Source: Mobula hypostoma (taxonomy: Eukaryota). Taken from it: DNA of 64,000 nucleotides. The translations under genes were made by a program, and so were the position numbers. This document shows positions 50,401 through 63,602 of this stretch, one piece after another (within the stretch, counting starts at the first letter, position 1; each line of letters opens with the position of its first letter). The DNA is taken from contig NC_086106.1 in assembly GCF_963921235.1 (NCBI RefSeq), positions 25,172,001-25,236,000 of the forward strand, in the 5' to 3' direction. The notes under the pieces are model-generated. The model had not been told where the DNA came from. It ran no database searches and saw nothing but the letters and a program-made list of their open reading frames with translations.

Positions 50401-52672
50401 ACAAATTTCATACAGGCATCTGCAGAAGTAACGAAAGTGCGGAGACATAAAACCCGTTCATACGACCCCAGGTGCAAACGCCTTGGACTGAGTTATTGGA
50501 CAATCTATTTTTATTCCCACGACAGAGAGTGGGATATACAATATTACCTTTCTTCGCAATGTGTAACCTGAAAATAAAGTAACCTGCAACATCAGGTGTC
50601 ACGATGAATTTTAATTTATTTTTGACCAGTGGTAATTACTCTCAGATGTATCATTTTATCATTGCCTTATATTACCGCATTACCTTATATGTAAAACCCA
50701 GTGGAGCAGTTCCAACAACGCTCAGAGACTCTGTTCCCTGTTTAGTGGCCCATGTGTGCTTCACACTGTTTGTAACAGAGCCGTAATGCAGAAATGTACA
50801 CAATAGTTGTGCGGAGGTTCATCCACTCTCTCTCAATTCAATCTCCACACGGAAATACCAGGCGGAGTCAGTCAGCTGCACCGCTGCCATAGTCAGTAGC
50901 TGCTCCTTCACAATAACCGGACTGCAGCACTAAGGCGAACAGTAGTGAACTACGCCGGATGTTCATAGAGTCCAGCAGCTGGTTACCGCATGGCAAACTC
51001 CGGTTGTCTGTCCGGATTAATTAGCGGAGTCAAAAAAAAAAGGAAAATGATGCAGTGATGTTCTTTCATTTTTCTCCATGTGACCAATAACTTCTGTGGT
51101 GTTATTGAGTCGGCATTGTTCAATCCTGTTGAAGAACAGGTTGACCCCATACCGCTCTGTTTTATTTATTTTCTTTGGATATGCACAGTATGAGATCGGC
51201 TTTCATTCAAAAAATTATTTCAAATTTACGTGAAAAAATTTTTTGAATCGGAGTATGATGATATCTGAGATACGGAATCACAAGGCGAGATGGATTTCAC
51301 TTTCTAAATCCATGCTGTCGAGATCGTCACAGCTTGAAAACATCCTCTGTTTAGGTATTCCTCATGGTGATACCGTGCATGATTGGTTAGCATAGAAAGG
51401 GTTTACATTTTTCCACTATGCCAGTGACATCTCGATACTTCAGGATAATTCAAAATCTGTTGTATTCTTGCCGATGATGAACGACACACAGAGCAAACCA
51501 ACACCAAGTCGTTGCATGCCTCTGTTCCCAAAATTACGGACTTGCATTTTGATCTTTTCGACTTGTGAGTCATTAATCAACCCTGCGGAAAACGTCCACT
51601 GGGATGGTCTAACATAATATACTGCAGAACAATCGCAATAAACAAGATATCGTTCTGGTTTTATTTGTTTATTTCAGAGTCTCTACCTCAGAAAATAGGT
51701 AAGTGATTAATTCATATAAATTAGGCCGGAATTTCGCTGATTAATCTCAACATTCTCCGAAAGTAGATGTTGCTTATATGCTGACATATATATCTACGGA
51801 TATTCATCGATCATTCATACCCACAAATTTGACGTTGAACAACTTGATCGTCGGGAACTTTCAGCCCTGGTTCACGAAGGAGAGGCGCTTCGTCGAGAGT
51901 GCCGTTTGTCCGCAGTTACAAAAGACGGAAACGTTCGGGACACCCAGCTGGCGTGGAGGCCTCTGTGAAAATCGAAGAAGGAACAGTTCTCGTGAGAGTA
52001 ATGCTAAAGCTCTGCTGACAGCTGGTGGAATATATTTTCTTTGTTCCTGACGTTGTTACGTAAAAGTCACTGCCTACTTCACGTTTACACAGCGAATACA
52101 CAAACGGTCATACTTCCATCAGCGAAATGAAATGGTAAGTTATTCACAGAAAAGCTACTTGCATAGCCTGCATGTGAGCACGTCAAAATATCGTGCGCCT
52201 AGCTACTTGCTCGTTTCTGCTTTTGAGATCAATTCTGTGTCTCTACGTTCTGCCAGATATCTACGACAGAGAAGAGTTAAGGCTGTAAGTTCATCTTTTC
52301 CAGCACCCCGGCTTCGTTACAATCCCTTTAATTCTTCTCGCACCATCTGCTTCGATGATTAATTGCAATTTGATGACAGTCTTCTCCACGAGAATTGCCG
52401 CCTGCCCTGCACTCGTTTGCCGATGAGTGGCCCTTCACTATTAATGGCAGCTCACAAAGTATCTGAATCCTATGTTCCGCAGTTCTGTGGTGGCCTCTGC
52501 AAAATTGCATTTCCTGCATTTCGACGGCCGCCCTTTTGTATTGTGTATTTGAAGATATAACACCTCGCGTTGCCTCTTGTGATTGGTCGGTTTGGCCAAG
52601 GTATGTGTATTTCTTCTGTTGCAATGAGTTTCCAACTGGAGTCACGGAAGTACAGACACATACAGAGTGAAT

Positions 52673-53147
52673 ATGGCAAACTGTCTCACGCAGGTCCTCA
52701 TCATTGTGTTTCTACTGGGTAAGATATTCCTTCACTCTATTATTCCAGACCTTCCTAATTCTCTGTATCCACGTGTTTTTCTCTCAATTTAAGTAACATG
52801 CTGTTCGAAGTAGAATTTATGATGTTTTGTTTATTTTTCTGTTAGACTGGAGCCGTGAAGACTCAGTGGAACAGTCAGTAGTTGCAATGTCGTTTGAAGA
52901 AGGAAGTAATATTACACTAAACTGTACATTGAAAACAAGCGATGCATCCCCGTATGTTTTCTGGTACAGGCAGCGCACCGGACAGCGACCACAGTATTTA
53001 ATTCGGATTATCGCAGGAACAGTACAACGAAATGAGCATGTAACGGACCGACTATTTGCCTCCTATGATAAAAGTAAAAAATATACTGAACTGTCGATTA
53101 ACAACACCATACTCTCTGACTCGGCCACATACCTCTGCGCGATGAGC
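52673..53147 (+). CDS. TRAV: V segment V5 (leader 52673-52718, V exon 52846-53147), protein identical to V3
   Basis: Same structure; translation is identical to V3. Confidence 0.93.
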
Positions 53148-53185
53148 CACGGTGCTTAAAAATCTATATTATCCGAACAAAAACA
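53148..53185 (+). other. V5 RSS
   Basis: CACGGTG, 22 nt, ACAAAAACA. Confidence 0.93.
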
Positions 53186-56100
53186 CTCTTTCTCAGTTTC
53201 CTCGAGAGCTCGCTAGAGGGCGAACTTAAATGCTGACTGAATCCCAAAGGCTTAGTCTTATGTTTCATATGATGTCATAGCTAGTTTCTCACACCGGTGG
53301 TGTATCCAGTTCGTATTGGTAATGGAACCTATTGCTCTAAGATTGCTGTAAGTGTGAGAAAAATCACTTCCACTTAAGTGATTTTCATGTGTTAATTGAT
53401 TTCACTGACTATTCACCTTTTAAACGCCAACATCTGATTGTTCCGACATAAACAAAAGATGGATGTAATTAAATTCGCAGAGTTACATTTTCGAAAGTTA
53501 CAACTGGCGTTGCTTCCGAGGCACGGTCCACGGTGTTTACCGACAGATTTAATTTCGTTCTCACAAAAAAAAAGCCTAAAGTCGCAATATTTTTTTTGAA
53601 CACATCTGCAGTTCAAAACATTGTACAATTATCAACATGAATGGCGTTTACTCTCAGAAATTAAGTCGCTTGATGATCAGGTGGAGATTTGGAGACAATG
53701 ACTCCTTAGGCTGCATCTCCGGAAACAGCTCTACTTCAAACTTAAATATCACTACTTTTTTTTTCCCATTTCAGTGTTACCTTTACACCCTGACTTTCGG
53801 GTACTCGCTGTAGTCCGTTCGTTGCGGGAATCGGTCAGGCTCTCGGGGCGCACGACTGGCCGTTATTCGATATGCCAAGGACGCTGCCAAGCAGATCAGC
53901 ACTTCTTCCGAGTTTCGGGATTTCATGGCTCTGGACGTGGGCGGCCTCGAGGTCGGTGCCATTGCAGGAAATCGCTGTTTCGTGGAGACGGAAGATATCT
54001 GACTGTGTGCCAAGAGACCCATGATCTTTGAGCACAGAGCACGGAAAAGCGGCGCAACGGAGGTTTAACATCGTAATTCACTGAGTTGTTTGTTATTTCT
54101 CGCTTCTTGCTGTGAACAGAAGACACCTCTTGTCCACTTATTAGGAAGAGGGAGAGGCAGTGGAATGTGGAATTACCGTGTGAATTAATAGTCTTTGGGA
54201 TACTGCAAGTCTGTGTGTTCAATGATGTTTTGTCGTACACTTGAGTGGCCCTGGAAGGCGCTGATGCTGCTTCGCTGGTGGGTGAGGGGGGATTGGTGCT
54301 CTGCTGATGCCTAACCGTGCGAAGGGGGAGTTGGGGTGGGGGGCATTCGGGTTCCAGCATTTAATAGTCTTTCATTCTGTGTGGCACTCCTCTGTTTTCG
54401 AGTATGTTTGCCAAGAAGAATACTATTCAAGGATTTATTTTGTATACAGTTCTCTGACATTAAATGTACCTTTGAAACTGACACCTTCCACGCAGAATTA
54501 CGGCCAGCGTTGACACCACGAGTCTTACTTGAGTGGAGTATTGTACTTGTATTTGCAACTGTTACAGCAAGAGCCTCCTGAAACACATCATTCTGTCATA
54601 AAGGGGGCGCTGGGAGCGGGCCCAAATGCAAGACACAGACACTGAAGTACTCAGAATTGGACAGGTCTAGAGTTCCGAACGTGACTAGATACAGACTAGC
54701 TGGGACAAGAAAACAGACTTGTGCTAGGACATTGGCTAGGCAAGCGGGACCAGGAATAGGAACTAGGAACTAGGAGCCTCGGCATGGACTCCGAGGTAAG
54801 ACTGGACAAGGACCCAGCACCTGCGCCTCGATTTGGGATCGGACCCCGGAACTAGGTGAGGACATGACGTGGCTACAAGACTAAAAATGGCTTGGGTTCC
54901 TCGGGGCGAGGACATGACGAGGCTTGGGGTCCTCGAGGCGAGGGAGTGACGAGGCTTGGGTTCCTCTTGGCGAGGAAATGAAGAGGTTTCGGTTCCTCGC
55001 AGTGAGGACAGGTCGAGGCTTGGGTTCCACGAGGCGAGAAAATGACGAGGCTTTGGATCTTCGAGGCGAGGACCTGACGAGCCTTGGGTTCGGACACAGA
55101 GCCAGAGACTGGAGAAACACCTAAAACCTGGGACTTGACTTGGGCTCGGACTCCAGAACTAGACGAAGATATGACGTGGTCTTGGGAAGCAGGAGTAGGC
55201 GAGGCTTCAGGACAGAAGGGCAGACTCCTGGGCAAGACGAGGGAACTCCACCACAGGACGAGGAACATGGACAGGACGGGAACACGAAGCCTTGACTTGG
55301 ACAGGAACGCCGAGCCTTTGTCGAGGGAGATAGGAAGGCAGAGCCTTGGACGAAGGAGATAGGAACACAGAGCCTTGGACTTGAGAGAACATGAACGCAG
55401 AGACATGACACACAGAACCGGGACCCGCCTTGGGAACAGGACCTGGGACCGGGACTCTACACAGAGTCAGGACCCCACCTAGGGAGCACGACGTAGGGCC
55501 GGAACTCGGACACAGAACACAGAGAGACAAAACGCCGGACCTACCTAGCGAAAGTTTGGACAAGAAGATTTTTCCCAACACTGGGTAGCGGCATACGGCC
55601 GGAACTACCAAGTGAAGGCGTGGACACAGAGAGACAGTTCCAAACAATGATAGACAGTTCTTTTTCTTGCTCCGGCCGCTGAACTTGACAGCAGAGTATG
55701 CAAAGGTTACAGGCAAGGTTTAGAGACGAGGCAAGGCCCCAGGCGAGGCAAGGAGAGGCAAGACTCCAGACACTGGTTGCACGGCAAGACGTCAGGAGGA
55801 AGGGGCAGAGAAAGGATTCAGACACAGGGTGTGGACAGGAACAATCCAGCTACTGAGGCCGAAACAAGGAGCTATTTATGTAGCCAGCCGAAAATGTGAA
55901 TCAAAATTGGAAAACCAGAAAACCCGGAATAAGGAACGATAGACCGGACAGTGAACCGAAATCCGGACTTCATGGACTGGATCATGACACATCTGGTTTT
56001 AGTCTGCGTAAATCTACCTAGAGCATTGAACATTTTGCCTGAATATCCACTAAAATCGCCTTATGGGATATGCACGATTATTGTCATTAATATGTTAGTT

Positions 56101-57305
56101 GAGTGGGCACGTGGGCAACCGGTTAAGGCATTGGACTAGCGACGTGAAGGTCGAGAGATCGAGCCCCGGCCGAATCAACATGCTGTGCCCTTGAGCAAGA
56201 CATGTAATCAAACATTTCTCTGCGACGACCCTTGTGCAAAACTTTTTTGGTCCTAATGTCTTTCCTTGGACAACATTGGAGTCGTGGGGTGGGGAGACTT
56301 GCAGCATGTACAACTGCTGCACTTCCATAGCACGTTGCCCAGGACTGCGTCCTGGAGAGCGAAGACTTTCCAGGCGCAGATCCATGGTCTCGAAAGAGTA
56401 ACAGATGCCTTAGAATATCTTCGTTGTAACGTAAAATGCATTTTCACATTTCATGAAAATGCACTCGTCGTGTCATATGTTCTAAAATTGTCCCCTGTAT
56501 TCTTCCGTTCAAATCGACAATTTTAGCCGATCATCAGAAGCCACTCTACTGGACCTTTCGATGAATTAGACAGTATATCTTCGGCTAGCAGAGTGTCCTA
56601 AGGCTTGTACACTCAATTCTGCTAAACTTTTTGACGTAAGTAATCAGCATATGTTATGCTAACACAAGTATTTTCTGCTAGAAAGCAATATTTTCTGTTA
56701 CTGGAAAAATAAACACTAAGTAATATAGATGTCGTCATTCCAAACCCAGAAATAAAGATTAAATACATAGCCTTTCCTGAATGTCCTGACGTTTGTCAGA
56801 GTCTTCCGTTCGACAGCGGCCTCCTCCTCCAGTACAGTCATTATCGAGATGGGTTTTGTAATTCCCCCCTTTTAAAGGTCATCAGACTGCGCAGTATTGA
56901 CAACCGAGGCCGTTGTGCTCATAGCTAAAGTGTATTGCACCTCGGTTGAACATTGTATTGAGGTAATATCGAGTGTGGCTATATTTATATCTCATGTGGA
57001 TAGAGTCGTGAAGAAAGTATGTTGGCCTCTATAAATCAGAGCACTGACTATAGGAGCAGGGATGTAATGTTGAAATTGTACAAGGCATTGGTAAGGCCAT
57101 ATTTGGAGTAGTTGGTATAGCTATGGTCACCAAATAATAGGAAAGATATGAATAATATTCAGAGTGTACAGAGAAGATTTACTAGAATGTTACCTGGGTT
57201 TCATCTACTAAGTTACAGAGAAAGATTGAACAAGTTGGGTCTTTATCCATTGAGCGTAGAAGGTTTAGGGGAGACTTGACAGAGGTATTTAAAATCATGA
57301 GTGGG

Positions 57306-59736
57306 TGTCATGGTCCGGTCTGTGAAGTCCGTATTCAGGTTCACGGTCCAGTCCATCGAACCTTGCTCCTGGTTTTCCTGTCTAACCTCTTTCTGTTCCT
57401 GTTGAGAACTAATTGAGGCAGCTGATGTTCGTTGGGGCTGGCTGCATAAATACCTCTAGAGACCAGGCGTGGCTGCTGGATTGTTCTTGTCCTTACTCCT
57501 TGTATCCATTCCCCTGCCTTCTATTTCCTCGCCTGAAGCCCTGCCTGGTCTTGCCGGTAACTCTCGCCTCGTCTCGCCTGTAGTCTTGTCCTGGATCCAT
57601 CCCGTACCGAGCTCTCTTCCCGTCCCTTGTCCCCGCCGGGTAAATTAGCCCGTGTTGCCATTATTCTGCGGTTGCTTCTGTCCTTTCCTTTTCCTTGCCT
57701 CAGTTAGGTAAGCCAGGCAATATTGCCGTTACCTACGGTTGGTTCTGTCCCTTCCCAACCCTTGCCTTCGTCGGGTAAGCCTGGCCGTCTTGCCGTTACC
57801 TGCAGGTTGGTTCTGTACCTTCCTGTCCCTTGCCTCCGTCGGCTGGAGATCCGCGCCCTGCCCAGGAGGAGCTTCCAGACTCCAGCTTCGCCTCTAGTCT
57901 CCAGCCTCCAGCCTCACCTACAGACTCCAGTCTCCAGCCTCGACTCCAGTCTCCCGCCTCCAGCCTCGCCTCCCTTCTCCAGCCTCCAGCTTCGCCTCCA
58001 GCCTCCAGCCTCCAGCCTCGCCTCCAGATTCCAGCCTTCAGCGTCGCCTCCAGTCACCTGCCTCCAGCCTCGCCTTCAGCCTCCTGTCTCCAGTCTCCTG
58101 GCCTCCAGCCTCCAGTCCTGTTTCCAGCCTCGCGTCATGTCTCTAGCCAACCCTCGCCTCAAGTCTCTAGCCTCAAGCCTGAAGATTCCAGTCTTGTCCT
58201 GCCTGCTAGCCAAGCCTCATCCTTGTCTAGTTCTGGGGACCGAGCAACAGGCGAGAATCAGGTACTGGGTCCTTGTCCAGTCTCTGGCTTGGATTGCAAG
58301 CCCGGGCTCCTAGCTCTCTGGTCCAGTCCTGTTTTGGGTTCCCGGTTTTCGTGTCCATGCCCTTGCCCTCACTCTGTATCCTATTCTTGTCCCTAATACT
58401 TCAGTGTCTGTTTCTTGCATCTGGGTCTATTTCCTGCACCCCATTATGACAGAAAAATCCAGCCTCCCATGGACCCAGCGACACCGACACTGTAATTTTC
58501 CTCTTGCCACCCGGGGTACCTTTCTGTTAAATACCCTCCTACCCGCCAGGGTCGTCCATAGTCTGGATACCGTGTTTGGTCGCCAGGAGGCTCAAGTAGA
58601 AGGGTGGGGGAGGGGGGTGATACTGTCATCGTCCGGTCGGTGAAGTCCGTATTCCGGTTCACAGCCTGGTCCATCGACCCTTGGCAGTTGATGCTCGTTG
58701 GAGCTGGCTGTATAAATACCTCCAGAGACCAGGGCATGGTTGCTGGATTGTTCTTGTCCTTACTCATTCTATCCCTTCTCCTGCTTTCTGTTTCCTCGCC
58801 TGAAGCCCTGCCTTTGTCTTGCCGGTAACTCTCGCCTCGCCTGAAGTTCTTGTCTCGCCTTGCATTTCCTGAAGCCTTGCCTTGTCTTGCTGGTAACTTT
58901 CGGCTCGTCTCGTCTGCAGTCTTGTCCTGGAGCCACCCCGTACCTAGCTCCCTTCCTGTTCCTTGTCTCCGCCGGGTAAGTCAGGCCGTCTTGTCATTAA
59001 CACGCGGTTGGTTCTGTTCCTTCCTGTCCGTTGACTCCGTTGGGTAAGCCAGGCCGTATGCCGTCACCTACGGTTGGTTCTGTCCATTCCAAACCTTGCC
59101 TCCGTCGGGTAAGCCAGACCGTCTTGCCGTTACGTGCGGTTGGTTTTGTCCCTTCCTTTTCCTTGCCACCGTCGGATGGTGCTCCGCGCACAGCTGAGGA
59201 GAACCTTCAAGACACCAGCCTCGCCACTAGCCTCCAGCTCCAGCCTCTCCTCTAGTCTCCAGCCTCCACTATCGCCTCCAGTCTCTAGCCTCCAGCCGCG
59301 CCTCCAGTCTCCAGCCTCCAGCCTCCTCTACAGTCCCCCGCCTCCAGACTCGCCTCCAGCCTCTCCTCCAGCCCCCTGCCTCCAGCCTCACCTCCAGTCT
59401 CTCTCCAAGCCTCGCCTCAATTCTCTAGCCTCAAGCCTCGCCTCAATTCTCTAGCCTCAAGCCTGAAAACTCCAGCCTCGTTCTGCCTGACAGCCAAGCC
59501 TCGTCCTTGCCTAGTTCTGGGGTCCGAGCCAGAGGCAAGACCCAGGTACTGGGTCCTTGTCCAGTCTCTCAGTCGGAGTCCAAGCCCGGGATCCTAGATC
59601 TCCCTGTCGAGTCCTGTTCCGGGTTCCCGGTTTTCGTATCCATGTCCTTGTCCTCACCCTGTATCCTACTCCTGCCCCTCGTACTTCAATGCCTGTTGCT
59701 TACATTTGGGTCTGTTTCCAGCACCCCATTATGACA
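57306..59736 (+). mobile_element. Two-LTR deleted retroelement, copy 3 (LTR-A 57306-58451, LTR-B 58624-59736)
   Basis: As above. Confidence 0.85.
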
Positions 59737-62700
59737 GGAAGATAGAGTTGACGTGGATAGGTTTTTTCCATTGAGAGTGGGGGCGATTCAAACCAGAGGA
59801 CGTGAGTTGAGAGTTAAAGGGCAAACGTTTAGGGGTAAAACGAGGGAGGGACTTCTTTACTCAGAGAGTGGTAGCTGCGTGGAATGGGCTTCCAGCAGAA
59901 GTGATTGATGCAGGATCGATGTTGTCATTTGAAGTTATTATTTTTTTTTCTGTTTGTTTGTTGTTATAACCAATAATACATGAAGGAAATTAGACTTTCT
60001 TTAACTTCATCCGCATATTAAACATGTTTTCAGGATTTCCTGCGTTCTTGAGATGGCAAGCTTCGTCAAAGCAGAAAATGAAACAATCACGAGACAACTG
60101 GTGTTTACTTTGTAAATTCTTTACTTTTCATTTTCCAGATCTGCCTACCTGAGACGACATATGGAACCCATTTATTAAATGTGCGCCAACATCGTCTTTA
60201 GGCGTAATTAAAGGAGCGAAGACAACAAATATTTCTACAAACGTAAGAAAACGGTCTCAAAATGCCTGCTAGTATTAGATTCAGTACGTTATATTAGTTA
60301 ATCCTCTTTTTTATGCTACAGGGCTCTTTAACTTTTTTTGTAGAAGTCGGATCTGCGAGGCACTCTGGTCACGTACTCTGTATATTACACGCACAAAATA
60401 GTCTGCAGATGCTGGGATCAAAGCAACACTCACAACACGCTGGAGGAACTCAGCACGTCGGGCAGCATCAGTGGAAACGATGAGTCGACGTTCCGGGCTC
60501 AACCCTTCGTCAGGAGTAAAGAAAGTGCATTCTACCAGATGTCAGCAGAGCTTCAGTAATTCTCTCACGAGAATTGTTCCTTTATTGAATTTTTGCAGAA
60601 GCTTCCACGCCAGCTGGGTGATCACAACTATTCCGTCTTTTATAATTGCCGACAAACGTAAAATAAACATAATAAAACAAACAATTTTTAAACTTGCATT
60701 TTGTTACTAAGAGAGTGGTAGCTGTGTGGAACGAGCTTGTAGCAGAAGTGGTCGAGGCAGATTTGATGCTGTCATTTAAAGTTTAAAATAAAACATTTTT
60801 TTTTCGGTTTGTTTGTTGTTATAGCCAATAATAAGTGAAGGGACTTGCATTTTGATAATGATCATTACGGGTATATTTTTAAAATAGTTAACCGTTCGTT
60901 ATTGTCCTGACGAACGGTTCCGGCCAGAAACGCCGACATATCGTTTCCATTGATGCTGTCCGACCTGCTGAGTTCCTACGACGTGTTGTGACTGTTGCTC
61001 TGTATATTACCCTAGTTCGTAACACACTGGAATATTTATCAGGTATATGACGAATAGCATAAATTCTTCTTCACACCGCACAGATGCTGTCTGAACTTGT
61101 GGATGTTAGATGACGCGGTATGTTGCGTTTGACATGGATTTACATTAAAATGGAAAGCGCGACTGTCTTTGATCGTGTCGTATTAATCGTGACCATGCAG
61201 TGCCCTTGTGTACGTGATCCTATTTAATGATGTACACACACTCTCTCCATATTACAGCAACTAATCTGATGCTGTGCCCTACGTCTGTTTTAACTGTGGT
61301 CGTCTAACAAACTCCGTGACAGTTACCGAGCACGTTATAGCATTCACAAATTTTATAAAGGCAGCTGCAGAAGTAACGAAAGAACGTAGACATAAACGCT
61401 TCATAGGACCTCAGCTGCAAGTGCGTTGGACTGAGTTATTGGATAATCTATTCTTATTCCCACGACAGAGATGGAGCAGTCCCAATAACGTTCAGAGACT
61501 CTGTTCCCTGTTTAGTGCCCAATGTGTCTTTCACACTGCTTGTAACAGACCCATAATGCAGAGATGTACGCAATAGCTGTGCGAAGATTCATCCGCTTTC
61601 TCTCAACTTGATCTCCACAAGGAAATACCAGGCGGAGTCAGTCAGCTGCACCGCTGCCATAGTCAGTAGCTGCTCCTTCTCAATAACTGAACTGCATCAG
61701 GAAGACGACCATTAGCGAATTACGCCGGTTGTTCATAGACTCCAACAGCTGGTGATCGCATGGCAAACTCCGTTTGTCTGTCCGGAATAGTTTGCGGAGA
61801 CAAAATAAATTAAAGGAAAATGATGCAGTGAGGTTCTTTCATTTTTGTCCAATAACTTTTGCTGTGTTATTGATTCGGCATTGTTCAGTCCGGTTACATG
61901 ATTAAAATGTGAAAAAATGCACTCTGTTGTCTCGCAGCATTGAAGATATCGAATCACCAGAATACATCATAAAGAATGGGACAGCACCTCTCTATGTTTC
62001 GCAGAACATACCACTTCTCATTTTACAAGAGCAGCTTGACGCCATTCCCTTCTATCTGTTTTATTTCTTTTCATAGCATATGCACAGTATGAGATCGGCT
62101 TTAATTCAAAAATTATTTCAAATTTAGGTTCAATAAGTTTTTTTTAATTAGAGTACGATAATATATGAGATACTGAATCAAAAGTCGAGATGGATTGCAC
62201 TTTCTAAGTCCATGCTTGCGAGATCGTCAGAGTTTGATAACATCGTCTGTTTAGGTATTCCTCATGGTAATACAATCCAGGATTGGTTTGATTGGAATGG
62301 ATTTACATTTTTCCACAATGCCTATCTTAATGGGGATTTTGTTTACTTCTGATATCACGATACTTTATGATATTTCAAAATCGTTTGTATTCTTGCCAAT
62401 GATGAACGACACACACAGCAAACCAAGATCAAGTCGTCGCATGCCTCTACTCCCAAAATTACGGAATTGCATTTTGATCTTTTCGGGTTGTGAGTCATTA
62501 ATCAAACCCTGTGGAAACAAGTCCACTAGGATGGTAACATCATATGCTGCAGAAAAATCGCAAGAAACAAGATGTCTTTCTGGTTTTATTTGTTTATTTC
62601 AGTTCTCCTCCTCAGAAAATAGGTGCGTGATAAATTCATATAAATTAGGCCTGAAATTCGCTGATTAATCTCAACATTCTCCGAAAGTAGATGTTGCTTA

Positions 62701-63602
62701 TATCCTGTCATATACAAACGTATTTCTATGTATATCCATCGATCATTTATACTCACAAGCTTGACGTTGAAGAACTTCATAGTCGGGAACATTCAGCCCT
62801 GGGTCACGAGGGAAAAGCGCTTTATCGAGAGTTTCGTTTGTCCGCAGTTATAAACGACCGAAACGCTGGGAACACCCAGCTGGGGTGGAAGCTTCAGTGA
62901 AAATGGAAGAAGGAACTGTTCTCGTGAGAGAATAAGTACAGCTCTGCTGACATCTGGTAGAATATATTTTCTTTGTTCCTGGCGCTGTTACATGAAAGTC
63001 ACTGCCTGCTTCACGTCTCAACAGCTTATTCACAAAATGATCCTACTTCCATTCGCAAAATTAATTAGTAAGTTATTCTGAGAAAAGCTACTTGCATAGG
63101 ATGCATTTGAACAGGTCAAAATATCGTGCACCTTGCTGCTTGCTCATGTCTGCTTTTCAGATCAATTCTGACGTCTCTAAGTTCTGCCAGATATATAAAA
63201 CAGAGTAAAGACTGTAATTTCATCTTTTCCTCCTCCCCGGCTTCGTTACCAACCATTTAATTCTGCTCACACCATCTGCTTCGATGAGCAATCGCAATTT
63301 GATGACTGTCTTCTCCACGAGAATTGCCGCCTGCCCTGCACTCGTTTGCCGATTCGTGGCGCTTCGCTGTTAATGGCAGCTTACAAAGTATTTGACTCCT
63401 ATGTTCGGAACTTCTGTGGTCGCCTGTGCAGAATTTCACTTCCTGCATTTCGACTGAACGCTCCTTTGTGTTGTATATTTCGAGACTTAACACCTTGCGT
63501 TGCCTCTTGTGATTGGTCGGTTTGGCCAAGGTATGTACATTTCTCCTATTGCAATGAGTTTCCACCTAGAGTCACTGAAGTACAGACACAAACAGAGTGA
63601 AT

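Larger units (their letters stand above)
36868..56515 (+). repeat. Tandem segmental duplication, copy 2 (contains V4 and V5)
   Basis: Collinear with copies 1 and 3; offset to copy 3 is about 19648. Confidence 0.95.
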
